From assembly GCA_043826455.1 (NCBI GenBank), contig JBDRQD010000046.1, positions 1 to 64,000 on the forward strand: 64,000 nt of DNA, written 5' to 3'. Under the pieces are notes generated by a model. The model was not told the origin of the DNA, did not search any database, and saw only the letters and a list, made by a program, of their open reading frames with translations. Both the position numbers and the translations under genes were made by a program. The first letter of the stretch is position 1, and each line of letters begins with the position of its first letter. Origin of the DNA: Candidatus Bathyarchaeota archaeon. GTDB taxonomy: Archaea; Thermoproteota; Bathyarchaeia; TCS64. Below are positions 9,286 to 19,314 of the stretch, one piece after another.

Positions 9286-9505
9286 GTCTGTTCCTCGGAT
9301 AACTATGCATGGAGATTGGGGCTTTAAATAAAAAGGTAGCTAAAGAGAGGCGGCCCGCCACCAAATAATACCCTAAGACCTGTCACCGTGCGCCATATTA
9401 TGGTGGCGGCTGAGCCGGAGTCCACATTAAAAATTTGAGCAAAGAGACCCCTGCCCCCATGAACACGTTTACAGTAAAGGATAAACTCGCCCGGCCGGAC
9501 CCGGG

Positions 9506-10297
9506 CTACACCGCGCCCTCCGCCAGGGCCTCCGCGTATATCTCCCCGAACTCCGTGAGACGGATGACCTTCATCTTGCTGCCCTTCTCGGCGTCCACCA
9601 GGCCCTTCATCTCCAGCCGCGCCACGATCCTGCTGAACCTGTTCCTCAGGGTGCTGTTAGCCGCCTTGTACCCAAACCACCGGATAATGTCGCTGATGCT
9701 CTCAGCCTCACCCCCGTTCTCCCGCAGCAGCACCAGGAGCTTCTTCTCCCGGGCCCACTCCTTCTCCTCGTGCTTGCTGCTGGGCTCCAGCCTGTACCCT
9801 GGAAGCTGGATCTCCGTAGGCTCCCTGCTGGGCTGCTCCCTGGCCCGGCTGAACCACTTCTCGAACTCGGGGGCCCCCGGCCTGCCGCTCACGTACCAGC
9901 CCGGGTCCTCGCTGGGGACACTGTAGACGCGGGCGTTCCTGAACATGAGGGCTATGGTGAGGGCTATCCCCATGGCCGTGTTGGTGGTGCTGGTGATGTC
10001 AATGAGGGCCTCCTCCCCAGAATCCCTGGCCTGGCTCATGATGCCGTGTATGGTGCGGAAGATGCTGCGCTGATCCATGGGGTCGTAGGGCACCATTATG
10101 GGGTCCAGTATCTCCAGCTTCTCCTTCAGCTCCTCGGCGTTCACCCGGCTCATGTAGCTGAACACGTTGCCGCCGCTCTCAGCCTCGTCGCTGTACAGGA
10201 GGTACAGCTTGGTTATTCCGTGAACCTTGCTCCAGTACCTGATGCCGTCGAAGGCTCGACGGTAGTGTTGTCCCACGAGGCAGATGATGATGGTCAT
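9506..10297 (-). CDS. CARF-like (Csa3/DUF6293-like) domain plus C-terminal wHTH regulator
   Basis: Rossmann-like N-terminus (IICLVG, KLYLLYS, LIDITSTT, VYSVP) and wHTH (SRIVARLEMKGLV...IRLTEFG). Confidence 0.65.
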   Translation of the reverse strand: MTIIICLVGQHYRRAFDGIRYWSKVHGITKLYLLYSDEAESGGNVFSYMSRVNAEELKEKLEILDPIMVPYDPMDQRSIFRTIHGIMSQARDSGEEALIDITSTTNTAMGIALTIALMFRNARVYSVPSEDPGWYVSGRPGAPEFEKWFSRAREQPSREPTEIQLPGYRLEPSSKHEEKEWAREKKLLVLLRENGGEAESISDIIRWFGYKAANSTLRNRFSRIVARLEMKGLVDAEKGSKMKVIRLTEFGEIYAEALAEGAV

Positions 10298-10568
10298 GGC
10301 GGATCCCCGGATGATTCACTCTTCCACTGATAAACCATTAACGCGTAGAATATATAAAATATGGTGAATGGAGACGGGGCGCCACTCATCATTCCCTTGT
10401 TTTGAGACAATCCCACATGTATCCGGGTTATCGTGACTATTCATCCGCTCAGAATTATAAGTATTATGGAGAGGACAAACACTCTAATATAGCACGATTC
10501 GCCTTACATATTTCATCTATGCGTAGTGTGCTCCATCGGAGACACACACTATTAAGGTTGCAAGTAAA

Positions 10569-10820
10569 ATGAAGGTCACAGTATACTCTTTACCCGACTG
10601 CCCCAAGTGCGACAAGCTCAAGAACTACTTGGAGAAGCGGGGAGTGGATTTCGAGGCCCGCTGGTTCGACACCGAGGCGCAGACGGATTTCATAATGATG
10701 AACATGTTCGGCAACCCGCCAATACTCGCGGCGGGCTCCGCCGTGAGGCCCTCCGAGGAGATGTTCGAGGGCGACACCCTGAGAGAAGAGAGGGTTGTGG
10801 AGGTTTTGGAGAGTGGCTAA
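10569..10820 (+). CDS. Glutaredoxin/NrdH-like redoxin
   Basis: VYSLPDCPKC; overlaps the nrdD start. Confidence 0.85.
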   Translation: MKVTVYSLPDCPKCDKLKNYLEKRGVDFEARWFDTEAQTDFIMMNMFGNPPILAAGSAVRPSEEMFEGDTLREERVVEVLESG

Positions 10821-13059
10821 GCTTAGGGACCTGCCCCCGTACCAGCGCAGGATAGAGGAGTTCTTCACAGAGAACATGTACATGGGGATGCCCATGGTGC
10901 ACACCACGGACGGGTACCTGGTGCCGTGGGAGAAGACCCGGATCACCGACATGCTGGCTCTGGAGACCACACTGGCTGAGAAGATGTTCGACATCCCCGC
11001 CATCGGAGATTCCACAGCCCAGAAGATAGCGGACGAGGTAGAGAGGCGCATCAAGCTGACCAAGCCCAGGTTCGTGTCGGGCCCCATGGTGAGAGAGATC
11101 ACCAACAACATCCTCCTGGAGTGGAGCCACGAGGTCCCCGAGTTCGGCATCTACAGGAACCTCCTGACCAGGGTAGGCGCCCCCGTCTACGACGCCTACC
11201 AGATCGACACCGGCGGCGGCTTCGAATCCAAGGAGAACGCCAACCTCCAGCCCAACCCTGAGACGATCCACAAGAAGAAGGCGGACATGCTCAGCAAGGA
11301 GCAGTACCTGCTGCTGATGGACCCCAAGCTGGCCACCGCCCACCACCAGGGGGACATCCACATCCACACCCTGGAGTACTTCGGCTCCAGGCCCTTCTGC
11401 CAGGACTGGGACCTCCGCTACTTCCTCTACTATGGGCTGATCCCCGACGGCAGCGGATTCAGATCCAGCGTCGCGGGCCCGGCGAAGCAGCCCGAGGTGG
11501 CCATACTCCACAGCGTCAAGGTGCTGGCCGCCGGCCAGACCAACTTCAGCGGCGGCCAGGGCTTCATGTACTACACCATGTTCCTGGCGCCCTTCCTGCG
11601 GGGCCTAGACTACAAGCAGATCAAGCAGCTGGCCCAGATGATGTTCTACGAACTCACCCAGACCTACGTGACCAGAGGCGGCCAGCTGGTGTTCAGCAAC
11701 ATCCAGCTCCCCATGGGAGTCCCCAAGATATGGAGGGACGTCCCCGTGGTCATGAAGGGCAGGATAGGGCCCGACACCTACGGGGACTACGAGGACGAGG
11801 TCCAGAAGTTCTTCCGGGCCATCAACGAGGTGGCCCTGGAGGGGGACTACTGGGGCAAGCCCTTCAACTTCCCCAAGAACGAGAACTATGTGTCCCCGGA
11901 GTTCTTCAAGCCCGAGTACGACGACCTTTGGCTCCTGGTGCACGAGGCCGTGAGCAAGTTCGGGGCCCCCTACTTCGACAACATGCTGCCCGCGTACCGC
12001 GGCTACGGCAACGGCATCAGCTGCTACCAGTGCTGCGCCTACCAGTTCGCCAACACGCCGGAGACGGACCCCAAGTTCTACGAGAAGCTGTACTTCCAGG
12101 ACGGCCAGCACTTCAGCATGGGCGGCTGGCAGGTGGTGAGCCTCAACATGCCCAGGCTCGCCTACAGGGCCAACGGCGACTACGACAGGCTGCTGGAGGC
12201 CGCCAAGGAGAACATGAGGCTGGCCATGGGGGTCTTCGACGCCAAGCGGAAGTGGATGGACAAGACCATAGGCGGGGGCATGGTGCCCTTCGCCACCCAG
12301 ACCCCCAGGGACCCCAGGACAGGGAAGAAGGGGCCCCCGGCCGTGGACTTCAGCGAGCTGGTGAACGTCATAGGCGTCGTGGGCATCAACGAGATGGTCC
12401 AGTACTTCACCGGGGGCCAGCTCCACGAGACCGACGACGCGGTGCGCCTCGCCGTCAGGCTGCTCCTGGACCTGGAGAAGTTCAGGAAGGGCCTGGAGAT
12501 GAGGAGCGGCTGGAAGGTGATGCTGGCCAGGACCCCGGCCGAGTCCACGGCCCAGACCTTCGCCGTCGCCGACCTCCTCCACCCAGAGTACAAGACCATG
12601 GCGCGGGGCATGATCAAGGGAGACCTGAGCAGCGTCAACGGCGTCACCAGCAAACGCGACCTCCCCATCTACTACACCAACGGCACCCACACGTATGTCG
12701 GGGCAAAGGTGCCCCTGGGGAAGCGGATCGACATAGAGCACAAGTTCTTCCCCATCCTCAGCGGAGGAAACATATTCCACGCCTGGATCGGTGAGAGCGC
12801 CTCGGACCCGGAGGCCCTGTACAAGCTGACGCAGCGCATCTGCCGCAACAGCCAGATAGGGTACTTCAGCTACACCAAGGACCTGACGGTGTGCAGCATG
12901 TGCCAGAGCACCAACGCCGGGATGCTGAAGAGCTGCCCCACGTGCGGCTCCGAGAACGTCCGGTACTGGAGCAGGATCACGGGGTACTACACGGATGTGA
13001 CGGGGTGGAACGAGGGCAAGCGCCAGGAGCTCATGGACAGGTACAGGGTAACAGTGTAA
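10813..13059 (+). CDS. nrdD: Anaerobic (class III) ribonucleoside-triphosphate reductase
   Basis: ATP-cone-like N-terminus, PFCQD, QCC, TPAES, YTNG, CxxC..CxxC, glycyl-radical RITGYY; GTG start. Confidence 0.96.
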   Translation: MAKLRDLPPYQRRIEEFFTENMYMGMPMVHTTDGYLVPWEKTRITDMLALETTLAEKMFDIPAIGDSTAQKIADEVERRIKLTKPRFVSGPMVREITNNILLEWSHEVPEFGIYRNLLTRVGAPVYDAYQIDTGGGFESKENANLQPNPETIHKKKADMLSKEQYLLLMDPKLATAHHQGDIHIHTLEYFGSRPFCQDWDLRYFLYYGLIPDGSGFRSSVAGPAKQPEVAILHSVKVLAAGQTNFSGGQGFMYYTMFLAPFLRGLDYKQIKQLAQMMFYELTQTYVTRGGQLVFSNIQLPMGVPKIWRDVPVVMKGRIGPDTYGDYEDEVQKFFRAINEVALEGDYWGKPFNFPKNENYVSPEFFKPEYDDLWLLVHEAVSKFGAPYFDNMLPAYRGYGNGISCYQCCAYQFANTPETDPKFYEKLYFQDGQHFSMGGWQVVSLNMPRLAYRANGDYDRLLEAAKENMRLAMGVFDAKRKWMDKTIGGGMVPFATQTPRDPRTGKKGPPAVDFSELVNVIGVVGINEMVQYFTGGQLHETDDAVRLAVRLLLDLEKFRKGLEMRSGWKVMLARTPAESTAQTFAVADLLHPEYKTMARGMIKGDLSSVNGVTSKRDLPIYYTNGTHTYVGAKVPLGKRIDIEHKFFPILSGGNIFHAWIGESASDPEALYKLTQRICRNSQIGYFSYTKDLTVCSMCQSTNAGMLKSCPTCGSENVRYWSRITGYYTDVTGWNEGKRQELMDRYRVTV

Positions 13060-13219
13060 GCACCAGCACCCTTTCTTTCAATCATGATTAACCATAAAGG
13101 ATTTAAGCAGTGGTAGGACACTCATTCATGATTAATAACGGCCCCCGTTGGCAAACAATACAGCCAACGGGTCATCAATACTTTTAATATATTCTGAATA
13201 TAATCCTAAATGTTACGCT

Positions 13220-13804
13220 TTGAAGACAGCCATACTCGTTGACAACATGTACCTCCAAAACCTGAAGGACGAGTACTGCGTGGGCACCCTAGACCCACGG
13301 CTATACCCCGCGCACCTCCTCAGACCAGGAGAGAACCACTTCATGACCTACATCTTCGACGCTGAGCCCTACGTGCCCAAGGAGGGAGCGACCGATATAC
13401 ATTTTGAGCAGAGGCGGAGGAAGAGGGAGTACTTCGAGGCTATCCAGATGCTTGAGCGTGTCAAGGTCGAACTGGGCTATGTTGTGCCCCGACCCGGGAG
13501 GTGCCCGCAGTGCGGGGAGATGTTCACCGTGCCGGTCCAGAAACAGGTAGACGTGAAGATATCTGTGAGGCTAATGTCCCTCGCCTGGGAGAGGGCCGCG
13601 GAGAAGATCGTGCTCCTCTGCGGCGACGGGGACGTGCTCCCAGCCGTTAGGGCGGTCGAGCCGACGGGGACCATCGTGAGGCTTGCCTATGGACAGGTTG
13701 GAAGGGTAAGGGCGAGCAGGGCGCTGATCAGGGAGTGCCCGGAGAAGATGGAGCTAACCAGGGAGAACCTAGAGAGAATGATGCTCAAGCCCAGAGAGGT
13801 ATAA
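13220..13804 (+). CDS. NYN domain (LabA/DUF88, PIN-like) protein
   Basis: AILVDNMY, QKQVDVK, LCGDGD; CPQC insert; TTG start. Confidence 0.85.
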   Translation: MKTAILVDNMYLQNLKDEYCVGTLDPRLYPAHLLRPGENHFMTYIFDAEPYVPKEGATDIHFEQRRRKREYFEAIQMLERVKVELGYVVPRPGRCPQCGEMFTVPVQKQVDVKISVRLMSLAWERAAEKIVLLCGDGDVLPAVRAVEPTGTIVRLAYGQVGRVRASRALIRECPEKMELTRENLERMMLKPREV

Positions 13805-13844
13805 TTATGTCTCACAAGGAATGCGAAATAATGTTCGGGTACGT

Positions 13845-14105
13845 CTAAGTTATTATTATGGCGGACTCCACGAGAGCCCTTAACTTATCGTTGTTTACCC
13901 CTGTGTAGACTATGGCTCCGTCCTCGTCGTAGATGATCTTGTTGGACGCCTCAAGGTAATCCAGCACCCGTTTGAAGGTCTGATACTGGACCTTCCTGGG
14001 CAGGCTCCTCCACAGCTTCATCTTGGTCGGGTACTCCTCCGCGTCTATGATGGCTTTCTCAATCATGAGTATAGTGTCCAGCCGGGGCTCGTGCAGAACC
14101 TTCAT
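13845..14105 (-). CDS. Small wHTH-like hypothetical protein
   Basis: PRLDTILMIEKAI...LWRSLPRKVQYQTFKRVLDYLE. Confidence 0.7.
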   Translation of the reverse strand: MKVLHEPRLDTILMIEKAIIDAEEYPTKMKLWRSLPRKVQYQTFKRVLDYLEASNKIIYDEDGAIVYTGVNNDKLRALVESAIIIT

Positions 14106-14159
14106 CACAGCCCAACAAAATATACAGTTATATAAACTTATACAACTCAACGATTGAGG

Positions 14160-14771
14160 TCACATAGCCAGACTTAGCAGGAGCCCTGCAAGGTCGTGGA
14201 GTACCCCCACCACAACAATCCACAGAAGCACAACAACCACAGCTCTCCCCCAAGAAAGGCTGAACACCTCCCTGACCGCCAGGCCCTGCCACACCGTGGC
14301 CCAAAGACCCACAGCGTAGAAGGGGTTAGGAGCCCAGCCGAAGAGGAACCCCGGCGTCATACCGTAGACCACGGCCACGGCGGACAGCCTCTGAAAGTCA
14401 CCGAACGCGGGCCTCCCCATGACGAGCCAGGCAGCCGACGCCAACACGGGGGCGCTCACCGCGGCCAGCACCAGATAACCCGCCATCACGAACCCTGCGA
14501 AGAACAGGGCCTCAGCCAAGCCGCCCACCTTCAAGCCCAGGGTCTCAAGAGCCCAAGGCGCGAAGATCTGTGCAGAACCCCCCGCGTTACTGGGGTTGGA
14601 GTAGTCCACCCCGTAGAGGCTGAGGACACCGGAGATGAGGGCAGTGACCCACCCAATGGTCAGGACGTGGCACAGGGAGTCCCTGAAGCCTCTATCCCTG
14701 AGCGACCTGAACGCGCCGAGGGGGTCAACAACGATCCTGTAGACCAGGCGCAGCCGCTCCAAACAGGCCAC
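14160..14771 (-). CDS. Yip1-like membrane protein
   Basis: IVVDP..AF N-terminus, five TM helices, LAVREVFSLSWGRA. Confidence 0.7.
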   Translation of the reverse strand: MACLERLRLVYRIVVDPLGAFRSLRDRGFRDSLCHVLTIGWVTALISGVLSLYGVDYSNPSNAGGSAQIFAPWALETLGLKVGGLAEALFFAGFVMAGYLVLAAVSAPVLASAAWLVMGRPAFGDFQRLSAVAVVYGMTPGFLFGWAPNPFYAVGLWATVWQGLAVREVFSLSWGRAVVVVLLWIVVVGVLHDLAGLLLSLAM

Positions 14772-14864
14772 CGTTGATAAATCCCAGCCTGGAAATATAT
14801 CTATAGTTGAAACTTAGAATACACCAAGCCCACCCTTTTTATCACTCAGCAACTCCATCCCCTC

Positions 14865-15311
14865 ATGGAGCTCGTCTACATAGGCCGCGTCCGCTCACCC
14901 GTCACCGAGGCCGTGGACATGAACTGGGGCCATGTCGTCTCCGAGATCGTCCTGGAGCCCGAGTACGCCCCCGGCCTCCAGGGCCTAGAAGAGTTCAGCC
15001 ACGTCCTCGTCCTCACCCACCTCCACAAGGCAGAGTGGGACCCGGAGAAGCACCTCCGGCGCCGCCCCCAGGAGCGCAGCGACATGCCCCTCACCGGCAT
15101 CTTCGCCCAGAGGGCCCGCCACCGCCCCAACAGGATAGGCGTCACAGCCGCCGAGATAGTCGAGGTCACCGGTAACACATTGAAGGTCCGGGCCCTGGAC
15201 GTCGTGGACGGCACCCCCATCATCGACATCAAACCCTACGTACCCTACTACGACCGCAGAGACGCCGCTATCCCCGAGTGGATGACCCGAATGATGAAAG
15301 ACTACTTCTAG
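14865..15311 (+). CDS. trmO: tRNA m6t6A37 methyltransferase TrmO/TsaA family
   Basis: GLEEFSHV, GIFAQRARHRPNRIG, LDVVDGTPIIDIKPY. Confidence 0.92.
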   Translation: MELVYIGRVRSPVTEAVDMNWGHVVSEIVLEPEYAPGLQGLEEFSHVLVLTHLHKAEWDPEKHLRRRPQERSDMPLTGIFAQRARHRPNRIGVTAAEIVEVTGNTLKVRALDVVDGTPIIDIKPYVPYYDRRDAAIPEWMTRMMKDYF

Positions 15312-15363
15312 TTAGCTAAATGCAACCCGAAAAATTATCACATTCTTCCACGCAGCTGTCATC
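15311..15363 (+). repeat. Short intergenic repeat family C, copy 1
   Basis: ttagctaaa-gcaa-cc-aaaaa-tatcacattct...gtcatc shared with 51759-51810. Confidence 0.7.
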
Positions 15364-15475
15364 AGTCCCCCGTATTCGCCTCATTACATGCCATATGTAA
15401 CAAACCCTGAGCCCCCCCACAACACAATTCCCAGCCACTAGGAACAAACCCCAAGAATACCAGAGAAACCAGAGG

Positions 15476-16105
15476 CTACAGCCTATGCGGCGGCGGATAC
15501 CTGGGATACGCCACCCTACTAGGCCCCAGGCCCAACTCCACGGCCACCTCCGCCAACTTCAGGCTGGCCTCACCCCCATCCACCACCGGCAGCCCCGTCC
15601 TCTCCCGGAGAGGCCGCCCCATACCGAACATGCCCAGACAGTCCAGGTAGAAGGAGTCATACCCCTCCGCAACAGCGGCGCGGATAGCCTCCTCCGTCAG
15701 CCTGTAAGTCAGATCCAGGTCGTCCCTGAGCCGGAGCACCGGCAACGGGTGACGAATCCTACCCACCCGCTTACCCGCCATGGACGCCAGCAGCCGCATG
15801 GCCTCCCCCGGCCCGATGACGGGGATATCCACCAGGGTCCTGGCCTCCTCCACACCAGGGTCACCGCCACACCAGCTGATAACCGCGTCGTAGCCATCAG
15901 CCTCAGCCGCCTCCACATGCTTGATGACCTCAGCCGCGGCCTGAAGATGATCCACGGCGCACTCGATGGCCGGAGGCCCCTCCCTCACCTGAAGGTACTC
16001 CACCTCGGTCCCGTCCCTCGCGATGGACCTGAGGAAGCTCATCCTCTCCTCCATCTTGCCGCCGTCCAACCCAGTGATGGAGACAATCACCAGAATCCTC
16101 ATCAC
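15476..16105 (-). CDS. Asp/Glu/hydantoin racemase family protein
   Basis: GPPAIE, CGGDPG, PVIGPGEA, LDCLGM, PVVDG. Confidence 0.85.
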   Translation of the reverse strand: MMRILVIVSITGLDGGKMEERMSFLRSIARDGTEVEYLQVREGPPAIECAVDHLQAAAEVIKHVEAAEADGYDAVISWCGGDPGVEEARTLVDIPVIGPGEAMRLLASMAGKRVGRIRHPLPVLRLRDDLDLTYRLTEEAIRAAVAEGYDSFYLDCLGMFGMGRPLRERTGLPVVDGGEASLKLAEVAVELGLGPSRVAYPRYPPPHRL

Positions 16106-16198
16106 CCTGGAATAAGTGGCACAGGTTTATAACGTCCACTAGCCCAGGGCCCCCAGAAAACATTTATCGTCAACCCGCCCACGTTTACCTGAGCAGGG

Positions 16199-16660
16199 TT
16201 GACCTTCAGAGTAGGCTACCTCACCCAGAGGGAGCAGGACATCTGGGACCTCAGGCGCCGCCGCAACACCCAGTCACAGATAGGCCGCATGATGGGCGTC
16301 AGCCGCCAGGCCATCCACAAGGCGTACCAGATCATTGACCAGAAGGTTGAGCAGGCCTTCCTGGAGGCCGCGGACGCCAACCACCTGGAGCCGAGCACCA
16401 TCAACCTGGTGGAGGGTGTCATGGAGGCCCACAGCCCCGCCTACAGGATCCCCGTGGTAGTCAGCTTCAGCAAAACCAACGGCGTCAAGGTCTGGTACCT
16501 CTACGAGGGTAAGTGCGGCGAGTGCCACCTGGAGAGCAGCTGTAGGGCGACCCTGGAGAACGAGGCCCAGGAGCGGGGCGTAGACATCACCGCCGCCGAC
16601 AAGCTGAGGACCCCCACCCGGCTCGCCACAAAGATATTCGGGTTGGACGACGCAGGATGA
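16199..16660 (+). CDS. HTH DNA-binding protein (sigma-4/LuxR-like) with C-terminal Cys cluster
   Basis: LTQREQDIW..TQSQIGRMMGVSRQAIHK; CGECHLESSC. Confidence 0.7.
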   Translation: MTFRVGYLTQREQDIWDLRRRRNTQSQIGRMMGVSRQAIHKAYQIIDQKVEQAFLEAADANHLEPSTINLVEGVMEAHSPAYRIPVVVSFSKTNGVKVWYLYEGKCGECHLESSCRATLENEAQERGVDITAADKLRTPTRLATKIFGLDDAG

Positions 16661-16971
16661 TCGAAGCCGAGTTCATGAACGCGTGCCCGTTCCCCCCGGG
16701 GGAGCCTAAACCCGAGGCCATGGACGTGGCCCCCAGGCCCAGGACGCCATGGATCAGGCGGTTCATGAGTGGCAGGGCCCTGGCCCTCGCCCTAGCCTTC
16801 ATCGCCCTAACAGCCGTATACGTCTACAACTACCAGAACATGAGCCTGCCCAACAAGTCTCTGATGTATCAGCCCGACTTCGCTGTAGCCCTCAGCATGT
16901 ACACCTACGCCTCGGTGATGCTCACCTACTTCATAAAACGTCACAGGGACAGGGCGAGAAAAAGCAGGTAG
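16657..16971 (+). CDS. Small 2-TM hypothetical protein
   Basis: ATGA overlap with upstream gene; two hydrophobic stretches. Confidence 0.6.
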   Translation: MIEAEFMNACPFPPGEPKPEAMDVAPRPRTPWIRRFMSGRALALALAFIALTAVYVYNYQNMSLPNKSLMYQPDFAVALSMYTYASVMLTYFIKRHRDRARKSR

Positions 16972-17071
16972 CCTTCAAAGAACGCCTAAGAGCCTCTTTG
17001 AACACGTTTATATGTAGCCATCCACAGGTAATCCGAAACCATATCGCATTCGATATCGGAAGTGATAACAT

Positions 17072-17569
17072 TTGAGGATGCACCGCGGACTAGGAAGAAG
17101 AATAGGAGTCCCCAAGGGGTTCCTGCGCCACATAACCCTGCAGCTTCTGAGGCAGACACCCATGTCCGGCAGCGAGATCATGGACCAGCTACAGGAGTAC
17201 ACGGACTGGAGGCCCAGCCCCGGCAGCGTGTACCCGCTCCTGTCCATGCTCCAGGATGAGGGGCTCATTAGGCCCCACGAGGATAAGGATCCCAGCGTCA
17301 AACGCTTCACTCTAACTGACGCCGGCCTGAAGGAGACGGATGAGCTGGCTGAGCACAGCCAGCACATGAGGAGCAGAAACAAGTCCATTCGGAAGATATA
17401 CTGGAGGCTCCACATGGAGATGCCTGAGGACCTCTACATGAGCTTCGCTGGGCTCCTGGACACCTTCGAGACCATATACTCCAGGAACAGGGGAAATCGG
17501 GAGATAACCGGAAAGCTGAAGATGACCCTGGACAGGGCCGTCGAGGAGCTTTCGCTGATAGAGGCCTAA
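17072..17569 (+). CDS. PadR family transcriptional regulator
   Basis: PMSGSEI..WRPSPGSVYPLL..FTLTDAG. Confidence 0.92.
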   Translation: MRMHRGLGRRIGVPKGFLRHITLQLLRQTPMSGSEIMDQLQEYTDWRPSPGSVYPLLSMLQDEGLIRPHEDKDPSVKRFTLTDAGLKETDELAEHSQHMRSRNKSIRKIYWRLHMEMPEDLYMSFAGLLDTFETIYSRNRGNREITGKLKMTLDRAVEELSLIEA

Positions 17570-17571
17570 AG

Positions 17572-19314
17572 ATGAATGCCCTCCGCAGAGCGTTAAGCTA
17601 CCTCTCACCCTACAAACGGGAGGCCGTGCTGGCCACTGTCCTACTGGGGCTGGTGGTGGTCACCGACCTATCCATCCCCAGGCTCGTCCAGGTCATAGTG
17701 GACGACGGCGTCGCCAAGATGGACATAGGAGTCATCCTGTGGACCAGCCTCCTCATGATAGGGGCCAGCCTCCTCAGCGCCGTGTTCATGATAGCCAACA
17801 CTGTATACGCCGTCAGGGCGGCCAGGGGCATGGAGGCCGACCTGAGAGAGGGGCTCTTCAGGAAGATACAGACCTTCAGCTTCGACAACCTGGACGAGTT
17901 CCAGACGGGGCAACTTCTGACCAGGCTGACCAGCGACATCAACCAGATCCAGATGATAGTGTTGATGGCTCTCAGGATGTTCACCCGGGCGCCCCTCATG
18001 TTCGTGGGCAGCGTCACCATAATGTACGTCACCAACCCCACGCTGGCTACCTCTATGCTGGCTGTGCTTCCGGTGGTCATCGTCCTGGTTACCCTGTTCA
18101 TAAGGTGGATAGAGCCTCTGTTCACCAAGGTCCAGGAGAAGCTTGAGGCGTTGAACCAGGTGCTCCAGGAGAACATCTCAGGGATCAGGGTGGTCAAGGC
18201 CTTCGTGCGCCGCGACTACGAGGGGGCCAGATTCAACAGGGCCAACTATGAGCTCACCAGCACATCGGTGCGGGTGACCCAGCTCCTGAGCGTCTTCTTC
18301 CCCCTCATCATGGCCATCATGAACCTGGCGGGGGTGGCCCTCATCTACTACGGCGGCGTCCAGGTCAGCCTAGGGACGGCCACGGTGGGGGAGATCATGG
18401 CCTTCACCAACTACCTGATGAGCACCATGTTCCCGGTGATCATGCTGGCCATGATGGCGGGCCAGATATCGGCGGCCAACGCTTCGGCGGTGAGGATCAT
18501 GCAGATCATGGACGCGGAGCCGGGGATCAGGGACAGGCCCGACGCGGCGCCCTTCGAGAATGTCTCAGGCAGAGTGGCCTTCGAGAACGTCACCTTCAGC
18601 TACAGGGACGACGGCGGTGACCCGGTGCTCCAGGACGTGTCCTTCACGGCTGAGCCGGGGCAGAGGGTGGCCATTCTGGGGTCCACGGGCAGCGGCAAGT
18701 CAAGCCTCATCAACCTGATACCCAGGTTATATGACGTCTCATCGGGGAGGGTGACAGTGGACGGCGTGGATGTCCGGGACATCACCTTGGATAGCCTCCG
18801 GGGCGCCATGGGCATCAGCCTACAGGAGGCCGTGCTCTTCACCGGCACCATACGGGACAACATAAGGTACGGGCGAGGCTCTGCCACCGACGAGGAAGTG
18901 GTGGCCACGGCCAAGGCGGCCCAAGCCCACGACTTCATAGTCGGGTTCCCCCAGGGCTACGACACCATGGTGGGGCAGCGGGGGGTCAACTTGAGCGGCG
19001 GGCAGAAGCAGAGGATCGCCATCGCGAGGGCTCTGCTGGTGAACCCTAAGATACTGATTCTTGATGACAGCACGAGCAGTGTGGATGTGGAGACGGAGAT
19101 ACTCATCGAGAGGGCTCTGGAGGAGCTCATGAGGGATCGTACCAGCTTCGTCATCGCCCAACGTATAAGCACGGTTCTCACGGCGGACAAGATACTGGTC
19201 CTAGACAACGGCAGGATCGCTGCGGAGGGGGACCACGCCACGCTCATGGAGACGAGCCCCATCTACAAGGAGATATATGATAGCCAGCTGGGCGACGGAG
19301 GCGCTGCACAATGA
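17572..19314 (+). CDS. ABC exporter, fused permease/ATPase (heterodimer subunit, degenerate site)
   Basis: GSTGSGKS, LSGGQ, Walker B LILDD, switch His replaced (IAQR). Confidence 0.95.
   Translation: MNALRRALSYLSPYKREAVLATVLLGLVVVTDLSIPRLVQVIVDDGVAKMDIGVILWTSLLMIGASLLSAVFMIANTVYAVRAARGMEADLREGLFRKIQTFSFDNLDEFQTGQLLTRLTSDINQIQMIVLMALRMFTRAPLMFVGSVTIMYVTNPTLATSMLAVLPVVIVLVTLFIRWIEPLFTKVQEKLEALNQVLQENISGIRVVKAFVRRDYEGARFNRANYELTSTSVRVTQLLSVFFPLIMAIMNLAGVALIYYGGVQVSLGTATVGEIMAFTNYLMSTMFPVIMLAMMAGQISAANASAVRIMQIMDAEPGIRDRPDAAPFENVSGRVAFENVTFSYRDDGGDPVLQDVSFTAEPGQRVAILGSTGSGKSSLINLIPRLYDVSSGRVTVDGVDVRDITLDSLRGAMGISLQEAVLFTGTIRDNIRYGRGSATDEEVVATAKAAQAHDFIVGFPQGYDTMVGQRGVNLSGGQKQRIAIARALLVNPKILILDDSTSSVDVETEILIERALEELMRDRTSFVIAQRISTVLTADKILVLDNGRIAAEGDHATLMETSPIYKEIYDSQLGDGGAAQ

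Noticed and set aside
10590..12794. Long antisense or alternative-frame ORFs over nrdD (likewise over leuS, ftsY, serA)
   Set aside because: Expected shadows of high GC3 codon usage; no recognisable motifs.
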